This document shows, in pieces, positions 51,927 through 64,000 of a DNA stretch of 64,000 nucleotides. Position 1 is the stretch's first letter; every line of letters begins with the position of its first letter. The translations under genes were made by a program, and so were the position numbers. This stretch comes from Epiperipatus broadwayi. Its lineage: Eukaryota; Animalia; Onychophora. The notes beneath the pieces are model-generated. The model saw only the letters and a program-made list of their open reading frames with translations, searched no databases and was not told the DNA's origin. Location: the NCBI GenBank assembly GCA_028023455.1, contig JAQFVV010000001.1, positions 2,170,001 through 2,234,000 of the forward strand, given 5' to 3'.

Positions 51927-52694
51927 GTACCATCATGGAATACTACTGAATAATGATTGAGAATTAATTATAGGTTAAATTAAATATGCATTCTAAAAGT
52001 AATTCTGCTTTTAATGAATGTTTCATTTAAAATGAATACTTTAGATGCAATTAATTATAAAACAGTAAAAAAATAAATTAAGGCAAATCATAAAATATGT
52101 ATTATGTATGAATATTGGTTAAAAAGGCTTTTAATTAATTTATTGTAGGCCAAAGGCCTGTCTAAAAGCTTTTTTTTAAAAAAAAATCAAGACGATGTTA
52201 TTTAGACTTTTTACTACATAGGAAGGATTTTAATATCCCCCCCCCCTTTTTTTTTTGTTCCTAGTTAAAAATAATCTGATACTTATTTGCTGACCAATGT
52301 TGAATAGTTAGCTAGATTGATTGTGAGTTGGCTATCTGGAAAAAAAATCCAGGAACTTGAAGAAATTTTCAAGTTTTATTTCACCTAAATTCAAAATGCT
52401 GATGAAGTATGACAGGTATATGTGCTAAACTCTATGCCATAAGATCCTTATATATATAATTCTACAAACATTATTTGTAGTAATCATCGAATACTGGAAA
52501 ATGTTTTTGTGTATTTTTATAATTTATAATTTATTAAAGTATGTGTAATATAATTGTAAAATTGAAATAGTATAATATATTGTGTTAAGAGAGGGAATGC
52601 AATGGTGATCTACCACTGTCACTCTATCTAAATGTTCGGTCCATCTCCTTTTGGGAAACACATTCATTGTTAATAAAAACATAATTGAGTAAAA

Positions 52695-53032
52695 CCATTA
52701 AAACATCACATGATCACCATTTCCTATGTTTACACAAGCTGTTAAAACAGTAGCAAACCCTCTATACAATAGGTCTACCTAGTGTTAATAATCAATGGAT
52801 GCAAGAAAGTTTGTGCATAAAATCCCTATCTAGTGCTCATTCATCTAAAAAGCTAGCTGAAGTACTCTTAGATCCAAGTTGTCTCACTAATGAAAGCTAC
52901 AAGCTAGAAACTAGTTTGCGGATATTGGATAAGTAGGCATTAGATGGGGATTTTATTCACAAACCTTCTTGCATCCATTGATTACTAAAGCTAGCACTGG
53001 TTGGCACTATTGTATGGAGAGTTTGCTATTTT
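52695..53032. mobile_element. Foldback MITE of the same family as 4459-5113
   Basis: Arms ~52744-52847 and ~52927-53032 are inverted (taatcaatggatgcaagaa / ttcttgcatccattgatta). The left end is aaaacatcacatgatcacc. Confidence 0.85.
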
Positions 53033-54234
53033 TTTTTTTTAGGAAATTGATACACATTCATGATATCAAAGCAAAGTTGCAGTACAATTCAGCCATTTTA
53101 TTCATTTTGTTATAAACATCAGTGTAGAAATTTTTTTTATTTTAAAATAGAATAGATTTAATTAATAAGAAAAATATCATAAAAATAAACAGATCATAAA
53201 TATAAATTCTCAAAGTATGATATATTGTAATTAAAGAGAGTAGTATGTGTTTATAAGTATTTGAGTAATTAGTTAATTGATTTTATAGTGATAACTGTAT
53301 AGGTTAAATAGTTAAAAAGATATACTAAACACAATGAGCATTATAGAGATCAGAATCATCGTTAAAACCTGTTAATTCAAACAATAAATAGTTTGTTATA
53401 TTACATTGCATTATAGAAATGGACATTTAAAATGCGAAATGTTGATTGTAGATTTTGTGACAAAAAATGTGAATGTGGATTTGAAAAACAAAATAAAAGA
53501 AATACAAAAAGAAGAGATAATGGATAGAAATGTTCAATTTATTTATTTAAAAAAAAGAAAAAAATACGATTAAGCTCATTCATAGAGCTAAGAGAACTAT
53601 TTGAAGATACGGTATGGTAAGTAAAAATTAAAATGATGTAGCTGCTATGATGATTTAAAGCATTGATTATTTGATAAGCAATCATAGATAAAACAAGCCT
53701 CATGTTAAGTATGATAATGCTTTTATATAAAGGCATGTTTTACTTTTATGAGCCCCTAGGAAAATTTGATTATGACTTCACACTTCTGTGGGATGAGGAA
53801 AAATTATTTTTTGGAAATTTATTTTTAAAAAAAGATCATCAGAACTATTTTAGATAAAATTTCATTAAAAAAAGAAAAAGAAAATTAGGTATATTATATT
53901 TATGAGCAATTAAAATAAACCAGAAGGGACATAATAAAAAATAAAACACATAATCAAATAAATACATACTTTTATTGTATTTTATAGTAAATTATATTAA
54001 CAAAACAAAAACTAGAATATTCTGCTTTCATAAATTACAGTTATTTAGACTTAAACAAACAGAAATAACTTTTTTGTCCTTTCAAAAAGTAAAACACACT
54101 TTTTAACAAAACTAAATAAAAAAAATCATAATTCCAGTGCAAATTCATGAACATTTACAAAATAAATATAATGTTCTGTTTATTTATCAACCACACAGGA
54201 AGTTTGTAATTAGAAAGAGAAAGGATCTAATTTT

Positions 54235-55000
54235 TTTCACATGTACCTTAAGCATTTGTATAATAGCAAGATGATGTAGTTTTTGACTATACAGGGACCT
54301 CTCAAACCTCAGCACCAGATAGGGACTTTATAAAGTTAAGAGGGGACATCTTTAACCTAAATTCTTATTTATATAGGTCAATCTGGAGCATCTTGATTTG
54401 AAAGCATGAAGATATTACTCTCTTCACATTGAAATCCATTATTTCCTTTCACAAATTAACTTCCACAAAATCTTGTGATTTAGAACAAGTTAATATTAAG
54501 ATTTTTTTTTAAATGGAAGTATAGAAACTAATGTAACATTCTGATAATTTATCAAGTGCACAGGAAATCTGTAAAGAAAGAGAAAAGTTTTAAACTTTTT
54601 TACATGTGCCATAAAAAAAAATCAATATTAAATTGCAAGATTTATGTAAGTTAATTTGTGAAAGGAGTGTATAATAGTCATATGATATAGTTTTTAACTA
54701 CAGAGGAACCTCTCAAACCTCAACACAAGATAAGAACTTTATAAAGATAAGAGCGTCCATCTTATATTTAATCTAAATTCTTATTTATATAGGACAATCT
54801 GAATCATCTTCACACTCTCAAATAAAGATGCTTCAGATTGGCATATATATATAAGAATTTAGGTTAAAGATAAAAATGATCACTGTCATCTTTATAAAGT
54901 CCCTATCTTGTGTTGACATTTGAGAGGTCTCTCTACAATCAAAAACTACATCATTTGGCTATTATACAAATGTTTAAGGTGCTTGTGAAAAAGATTAAAG
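54235..55000. mobile_element. Foldback element: forward arm copies at ~54235-54400 and ~54660-54810, inverted arm at ~54825-55000
   Basis: acctctcaaacctca...ctttataaag...taacctaaattcttatttatatagg occurs twice forward and once reverse-complemented. Confidence 0.8.
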
Positions 55001-56126
55001 CCACTCTTTCTAAAACAGGTATAAGAAATAAATAAAATTATATTTTTACTTTTCATGCTTATTTATTTGAAAAATTGTCAGTCGGTTCATTTGAAATTAA
55101 TACTATTTGTAATATTATTTGCAAAGTACAATATTGCAAAATCACATAATTTTTCTAGTCTTAGTGAATATTTGTCTAGCTAGACAATCACAATTTATAA
55201 CTCATAAATCAGACTTCACAATAATAAGTCGAATGTAACTGTTTATGATAAAAACATTAGGCTAGAAAGATGTATAATATTATTTACATTAGAAGATGAA
55301 ATATGTTAGTAGTAATAGTAAGAAAATCAAGTCATACATCATATGACTTAAAATTAATAAGCTTGTACTACAAATATAATATAACGAGCATGCTAATAGT
55401 TCTAAATCAGCTTGTTTGATAAATGCCAGAAGAGAATGCATTTAAAATCTCTTTCTAGAATTATCTCTATCTAGTGTCTGAATATCCTAGTGTCTCACTA
55501 GGAGCCATCAGTTTGAAACTAGGTTGGGGATATGGATAATTCTTGATAGAGATTTTAAATGTGTTCTCTTCCAGCATTTATCAGAAAAACTTGTTTAGAG
55601 CTATTAGCAGTTCATTATATTATATAAAATATGTTATTTGAATCCAATGAAAGTCTTGTTTTTAATGACTTATTTTTGATAAAATGACTTTTAAATAAAA
55701 TAAAAAATATATTTAACAATAAAATAAAAGTGTATAAATAATTTCAATGTACATACATAATAAAATGGAATTTAGTTAATGAGTGATAAAATGTAACTCT
55801 GAGCAACGATATCAACCTTGCTATATATATGTTCTTATACTTTAAATTATTCAAATATATTTCCAGAATTTAAAATGTTTTCTTAAGCATTAATCTCATT
55901 CAAAAATGTTATTCCTTTTACTCTTCATTCTAGAAAATTTTCTGCCCCTATTACTCACTTTCTAGTTCAAGGTCCTTTATTAGAAGTGGCTCCAAGCAAA
56001 TGCCTATTTTGCCCAATGAATAAAATGCCTCTACTTTTAGATATTTTTCATCATCAGAAACTTATTCAGTAATATTAATGTATGTCATAAAATAACAACC
56101 TTTAATACATAGTAATTTCTATATAA

Positions 56127-56362
56127 GCCAATAAACATCACATGATCACTATTTCTTATGCTTGCTTGTAACTATTATTAAAACAGGCAAGTGCAGTGCT
56201 CTCAGATCCAAGGCTCCTTACTGATGAAGGCCACAAACCAGAAACTAGTCTGGGAATATTGGATGAGTAGACACTAGATGGGAATCTTATGCACAAGCCT
56301 TCTGGCATCCATTGATTATTCTAGCTTGCAGTGAGTGGCAGAGAGTTTTGCTTGTTTTAAGT
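56127..56362 (-). mobile_element. Partial inverted copy of the 4459-5113 family
   Basis: Reverse complement of gcaagctagagtaatcaatggatgccagaaggcttgtgcataa...ggatctgagag, joined to the terminal taaacatcacatgatcac motif. Confidence 0.85.
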
Positions 56363-59300
56363 TCTATATAAATTCAATAATGTTAATATTCAATTGTTTA
56401 TTGTTTGATATTTAGATATATATTAATTAAATGGTTCAGACATTTTCTATTCATATTATTTTGCAATTAATTCTATTAAACTTGTTTTTTTAAATTTATA
56501 CTAATAATTCTATTGACCAGTTATTTTGATTTGATGATTCATTGGTTACAATTTGTAAACACTAATGTGAATGAATCTAGAAATTCAAAATGACTTGACC
56601 TTAATGTTTTTGGGTGAAAAATAATTTATTGCAAGGTAAAATATAATGCAAATTGAAATGCAAAGATAAAGAAAAAAAAAGTAAATAAGTAATTTTTTTT
56701 CCTTTTTTGATGTTTCTTCAGATTATTTTGATTTATCTCTTGGAATTTTAATTTATTTACAAACCAAATAACATTTTATTTTTATGAATGAACTTTACAT
56801 TTGAATAGTGAATTATTTAGCCTAAAAAAATGTGGTTTTATTTTAAGTGTTTCAGACTAAATCAAAAAATAAATAAATAATAAAGTTTAAAAATTATATA
56901 TGTATGCATAATCACTCCGTATCTTATATCATTATCTAAGAATTTTCTTTCTTTTTTTAATATTTAATAGTATTGTGAATATTCTTTTATTCTTACTTTC
57001 AACTTTCGATATATCAAAATTATTTGTTATTGTTTTTGCATCTATATATTGAAAAAGTACGAATTCTATATAGTTATGAGCATATCTAGATGTGCTAATG
57101 CATGTATTACTTTAGTGAAATTTTTGATGGTCAAAATTAGAAGCATTGTATTGATTATTTTGTTTTGTAGCTGTTTCACATACTGTTTATTAACTTGTGT
57201 TAAATTATCATTGTTACTAAGACTTGCACAGTTTATTCTAATAGTAGAGTCACTAACTTGACAGCTAAAAGTTCCTGGATTGAAACCGAATTTGCTAAAG
57301 CTAATTCTTGAATGTCAAACTTCCTGAGTAACTGATTCATATACTTTTTAAAATCATTTTCCAAGCAAAAATATTTCTTTATCATTATCAAAAATTTGCA
57401 AACTATATCACTTTTAAACATGATCAAAGTAACATGTTAAATATAAATTAAAAGCTTAAATACACAATATCACTTATCTTCTATAATAGTTATTAATTTC
57501 AATATTACTAAATATCTTCTTCTCTAATAACTTTTTTGTTGTTTAAACATACTTATTTTATATCTAAAATCTTTGAATTAAATCATTTTGTACATTGATT
57601 TGAAATTTATTATTGCTTTACTCAATATACATTTTATTATTATGACTTACAGGTTGTATACCCAACATTCAGCAATTTTTATTTTTCCTCATTAAATATT
57701 ACTTCAGTTTTATTACTATTTATAATCATATACATATACATTTTCACATAATAAAATTTAACACCTCATTGTTTTAGTCTATTACATATTGTGTATATGA
57801 TTCTTTCTTTAGTAGAAGATAAATTTAACTACTTCCAAAAGATTTCAGTACAGTTATTGTTAACATATTATATACAATTAATACCTATTTCTGCTTACCA
57901 AATTGTTTTCTTTTGATAATTATTTTTCTTTATCCATTGTCTTGAATGTTTAATTAAAAAATTATAAATAGTAGCAAAATATTAAGAAAGGAAATTTTTT
58001 TTTTTTAGACCAACACCAGTTCTAAAAATTTATAAATATTTAAGCAACTAAACACCCACCCAGAAGCTTCTTCAGTTTATTCATAATTTCTTACAATATA
58101 TCATAATAACTTATGGATAATACTATATTAGTGATTTATTCAATCTAACACTTGTATGCTAATGCTGTTCTAGTCATGTTTCCTACTAAAGAAGAAATAA
58201 CGAATTAGATGTAAATATTATCTTAGATAATAGTAACATCTAAATAATGTGGACATTAATATATTTCAGTTTTAGATATATTCTAAAGTGTCGCAAATGA
58301 GAATAATGACTTTGGATAGTACAAACATCAAGGAATCAGATATCTAATATCAAGTGAATTCAGATTTTAATAAAAATTATTTTTAACTAATTGGCATTTT
58401 TCAGTTATTCTTTTCTCCATCTTTCACACTTTTTATGCTATTCAGGTTAAAGAATTGAAACTTTTAAATGATCTACTTTTTGAGTTAATATTAGCCTGCT
58501 TCTATAGCTGTCTATTTTAATGGTCATATCAATCAGCTTGTATAGCTGACTATTTTAATGGTCTCAGTTGTAGTATAACATAAAGCATTTTTAACTTTAT
58601 GAATAAAGAATGAGATACCATACCAATCATCCCATGATTCCTTTAGCTTATATTTTGGTATAATTCTATATTATTAATATAAAAACTATCCCAAATGTAA
58701 TTTAGAATAGACATATGATAATTGATGTTTGGTGTATGCCATTACAGATGGTCTAATGATGTTTATATCTTTGCAGGACATCATCATTGTAGTTGTAGGG
58801 AGAACAGCTTTTTATTAACATTTTTATTAACTAATGTATAGAAATAGTATTTAAGCTTACTTTCACAGACAAGATACTATATATCACAGGATATTGGAAA
58901 AATCTCTTTTGAATTACTAGTAGCTTTTGACAACTTAACCTTTTGTCAACCTGAGAACAAGAACCATTATTGTGAATGCTATTCTCTATTGTATCCACTA
59001 CTGACAAATATCAATGAACAACCTCTACTGATTATAAATGCCAAAAGTTAACCTGTACAGTCAAGTTCTGGTCCCTTGAGCCAATTTTTTTTTATTTTCT
59101 GATCAAATTAAATCTATAATCATTACCAACCTTACATTTTTATATGTACAGAAGACATGTGAATGTAGATTCCCAATATGGGCTTTGCCATAGAGACACA
59201 GAACCCAAACACACTTACTTTTTGATTGTCCTACTTGTGAGAATATATGCACAGTTATTCCAATTTTATTCACAGTATCAATGTTAATATGCAATTCATA

Positions 59301-60946
59301 TTTCAAATGTTTGTGATGGATGTATTCCCCAAAATTCAAGCAGCCTCATTCATTTTTCCTGTATACAATGTGGTGCACAAAATGTACATTTGTGTCCAAG
59401 AGTAATTATAGGATGCATCCAAAAGTCTTCTAGAATAAATTAGAATGTGATTCCAGTAAGAGATGAAAAGATTTTGTCAACTATCTTGTACTTAATGTGA
59501 TAGTGTCTGAGATCTTGACATGATATTATTGATTTTCAGAAACAAAAAAAAAAAAAGACAACCAATTCTTGCAATGTTTTCTTCATGTAAATATGTAAAA
59601 ATATGCAAATCTGTAACACATATTTTAATATATAATCTTTTTAGAAGTCCTAACACTATGCTATGTAAGTTGTAGAAAAAAAATTCTAGGTAATTTTGTT
59701 GAATAAATCCTTTGAAACAATAACAGCAATAGTAAAAATAATAGTGGTTTATTATTATTTTGATGGTATTTTATTTGACATGAAAAAAAAATTTTTTTCT
59801 TTGGCAGATATTTATTAATCACAAAATATTTTTAGTTTACTTAACTCATATATAGAAAAGGATGAAATACAAACATTTGCCACAAAAATTCTAACATTTT
59901 ATGAACCTAATGAAAACTCAATTTTTTTTTTAATAATTCGCACTTTCTAGTGAACTTTATTTTTTCACAAAAAACAAAAACAAATTAATAACACACAATA
60001 CAAAGATACTGACTGTCAAACACAAAACTTTTACAACACATTAATTTCTGGGAGTAAAAAAAACAAACAAATAGAAAATAAATTTTATTATATTCTTTGT
60101 TTTGACATTTATTAATTTTATTATATTTTTTTTGAAAATTTAACAAAATTTTAAATGTTATCATTTTCATTCTCGACTTAATATTTCTAAGTAAAATAGA
60201 TTAACAGATAACATTATATTGTGTAACTCGAATAAACAATTTGATTATCTTTTTTAATTAGAGAAAGGCTTTAAACAACCCAAATTATTTCCTCTTAGCT
60301 GTTCAGAGTTCTCTTAGGCACACTGTCTAGTTTATTTAAAATTGGCCCTACTGTATTCTTTTTAATGTTACATTTAATTGACATTATTTTGTATATATAT
60401 AAATTAAGCATCACTTGCTGTTTATTTCTGCACTCTTATAAGTGAGTGATTATATAGAATTTTTTGAATGGATCTTTCCATTTATGTACTATATTACATT
60501 CTTCATAAAGTACTATTTTGAAAACAATTTTTATTTGTTAGAAAACATAATGCTATCACAAAGGAAGGGAAAGAGATATTTTTTGTAGTACTATAATAAA
60601 AACAATCTGATTATCAAATCGAACATTTTTTAACATTTAACCACATCACAGCTGCAAGCTGTTTATTACCAAATATTCTAAAAAGTATGATTTCAAGTTT
60701 TCAAATATATATTTGATTATTGATTGAATTTTCATTTATGTTTGTCAGAATATAAAAACAGTGTGATATATTTGACAATAGTGGTTGTGGAAAGGGACCA
60801 GCATTCATAGTAGACTGATTTATGGAATCGTATTTGCATCAGTTTGAACATTTTGCCATCCCAAAAAATGACCATGAAAATCTCTATCACAAGTGAAATG
60901 ATTAATAATACAAATAATAATAATTTGTAATAATAAGACATATGGA

Positions 60947-61497
60947 TGACTGAAAATTTCAGATTTTCTATTTAATAGTTATCCATTAGATAAAGTGTTG
61001 GGCTTGTCCTGGTATTAATCTAATGCTTGAATATCCTAGTGCCTTACTGAGGATGCCAGTGGCAGAAACTGGTCTGGGGTTAGGATATTCTGCAAAGCTT
61101 GTTTAGAGCTTATTTGCAAGCTCTATATATAACATTTGTAATACAAGCTTGTTAAATTAGGTGATTTTTTTTTTTGTAATTTTATTTTTTGCTATTAAGG
61201 CTTTGGTGATTTTATATTGCTAAAGCTATTAATATATGGTATATCTGAACTTAATTCAGTACCATATATCTATTTTAGTTAGATAGCTGGATTGGAAGAC
61301 ATGAATGTCTGAAAATTTCAGATTTTCTACTTAATAGTTATCCATTAGATAAAGTGCTGGGCGTGTTCTAATATTTTTAATCTAATGCTTGAATATCCTG
61401 GCACCTCACTGAGGATGCCAGTAGCAGAAACCGGTCTGGGGATATTCTGCAAAGCTTAAGAGATTATTTGCAAGCTCTATATATAATATTTGTAATC
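60947..61497. repeat. Direct repeat of ~190 bp (60947-61141, 61305-61497); diverged relative at ~55470-55620
   Basis: ctgaaaatttcagattttcta...gcaagctctatatataa occurs twice. The central part resembles the foldback family core. Confidence 0.88.
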
Positions 61498-64000
61498 ATA
61501 TTTATTGAGTGTGACTTGAAGCTTAGAAAGACTGATGTCAATGTCATCATGATCAGCAATATGATTTTGTCTTGTTGCTACATGCATGATCAATTATACC
61601 GAAAATCTGATGTTTTTTAAAAAAAATTCATTTAACTATTTATTGCATTGGAAATTAATACATTCTCATGTTATTTTAGGCATATGATAAGCTATGACTC
61701 ATTTTCACCATTTCTCTTGGATGAGGCAAGTCTCATTCAAGGAGAGTTGGTTTTACTTTTAAGGTCTTACATTATGGACAGCATATCATAATAAGAATAT
61801 TGTTCATTGAATGGGTGAATTGTTTGTTCTAGTATTTTTTCTACCTTAAGAAAGACCAAAAATAGATTTGAAAATCTGTAGGTACTGATATATATTACTG
61901 TGTAGTATGTTTTGCTTTGTTTATTGACTGCCTTAAAGTTGATTGTGAGAAGTTATACTTCACTTCTATATGGTAATATTTTTGAAATATAATATTTTTA
62001 AGACATTAAATGATTTTTTTAAAAGTATAACTTCTACAAGGTCTGTGCTTAGACTGTGATGTAATAAAAAAAACATACTGTCAGTTATTTAGGAGGTTAT
62101 GTTTCACTCAAGCACAGAGTGATGGGTGGAATGCAATCATTCCACACAGTTGACCCAATTGATTTTTTTTTCTTTGTTGATAATTGTTACATGAATCTGT
62201 AGGATTTTAAAGTCTGCCATGATATTACTGTGTTAAACTACATAGGACAAACTGTCACGTTATAAGTCTATGGAGTTTTTCATTTCTAACAAAGTTAATG
62301 TCTCTTTTCATTAGAAAGATCTATCAATTCTTTCAAGATAATCTCTAAAATAAAAACTCAATTGACATATATATATATATTTGGCAAGTAAAATTTTTGT
62401 ACACTTAAAATTATTAAGTACAAGTTTGGTAAATCTAAAATATCATAGTTAGGGGTTATCATTTTAATCTGTTGTCTTATATTGAAATCTGTACTGAGTT
62501 TTATCTTATCTTTTCTAATGATCATTCATAATGATGTTTTCTTCTATTCAGTTTGCTTACCTTATTCTTAATGTCTTATTAATAATATCTAAATTACACT
62601 GCAACAGTATAAGATGTCAGTAATAGCTGATGAACAACTATCTCAGTAATGAAACATTATTTTTAAATTCAACAGATGAAAGTAATTACTGTTATCGCTA
62701 TATTCACTGTTTGGTTCAAAGCCTTATTGGGATATTTGAAATCATGTCTAATAACAAATCCATTGTAATATACATGTTTAATATAAACAAGGTGTTCACA
62801 TAACATACATACATATTTGTGTTGTAATCTAATTTTACAAATTTACACATGATAGTAACAAAGACAATGGTTACATCATATTTAAGAGCGGAAGAGCAAC
62901 CATGTGATTGACTGATGACTTGCTAACAGCTCTGAATGAAAGATAGTTAATGAGAGACATAAACAAATAGGCTTGCAATATATATATTATTTAATATTTT
63001 TTCCAAATACAAAAAAAAAAAATATTCCTATGATCATCAGTAGGCAATGCTGATTTTATAATATCTAAAAGTCTGGATGATCAATTTTGGCATTTGAGCG
63101 AAGCATTAAAAATGCTCTTTTTAAAATTATTTAAAAGGCTTATTTAAAGTCGTCTACCGAATAAACCAATGAATATAGTAGGAATATATATATATTAAAT
63201 AAAAATTAGTATGTCTCATTTTAATATCTATTTCAACATGGCGCTAGGACAAAACCTCATCATGAGACAAGCCTTATATCTAATAATAGTAATGACTGTA
63301 AATGAGCTGCTGCAAAAAATTTCAGTGAATTCACACATGCTTTATAGAATATTGCACTGTACATATTTTCAGTATGACAAGTTTTAAAATTTTTAAAATA
63401 ATAACCAAAATATTATTACTTCTTTAATAATAAACTATTATTTTATATTTATTTTGATTTTTTTTTAAACAATTTTTTTTTTTTTGTCAAAACTCTTCCA
63501 TAGACGTATATGATATTCACTTTATTATGATATTAGATGTATTTTTGATAATATAAAAAAAAAATACAAAATTTATTATTATTTAGTAGAATTTAACTTG
63601 ATTGCTGTTGCAATGTAATTTATTTTTGTTTTACGACTTTTATATAACATAAATCATCCCCTCCCCCCAAATTTCAAACTGACATTATTTTTTTCTGAAT
63701 TTTCATAAATTGATATAATTTGTAATTTTTTTTTTTTAAAGTAAAATTTTTTTCCCTTTACTTCTATGAAATAAAAAATATAAATGTATTTTTAATTTAA
63801 TATTTTGATAACTGTATTATTATATTTTTTAATGTCATATTTTGTTAATGTCCTTTTCATTGTAGCAATTTCTCTGTCAAAAATCATTTATCAGTTCTTT
63901 CGACAGCTCAAAAAAAAAGTTTCTTTACTCTCTGGGCTATTTAGAAGACATTATTTTGTCTCCCGTTCACATGTCTGAGCGAGTAAATGAAAGACAGGGG

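Overview
AT-rich, CpG-depleted eukaryotic DNA, most likely from an invertebrate animal. The species cannot be determined from the sequence. The window is dominated by decayed and nested mobile elements. There are three Ty3/Gypsy LTR retrotransposons: a 5'-truncated copy at 1.5-6.6 kb, a full-length copy with 2.4-kb LTRs at 27.6-39.7 kb, and an unrelated minus-strand copy at 39.7-44.5 kb. Also present are two non-LTR retrotransposon remnants, a hAT-derived MITE, a young TIR element carrying a telomere-like array, a young tRNA-derived SINE, many foldback/hairpin elements, short tandem duplications and long microsatellites. A host gene is suggested by one exon at 261-330 and by a frame-consistent chain of four + strand exons at 20.5-23.1 kb ending in a stop codon and AATAAA; I cannot name the product. 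The most interesting lead is the long-LTR Gypsy family. It abuts (AT)n tracts and shows codon-level conservation of two extra decayed reading frames, one between integrase and the PPT and one inside the LTR itself. There are no CRISPR arrays, rRNA genes or intact long ORFs. All alignments and counts were made by eye; no database searches were run.
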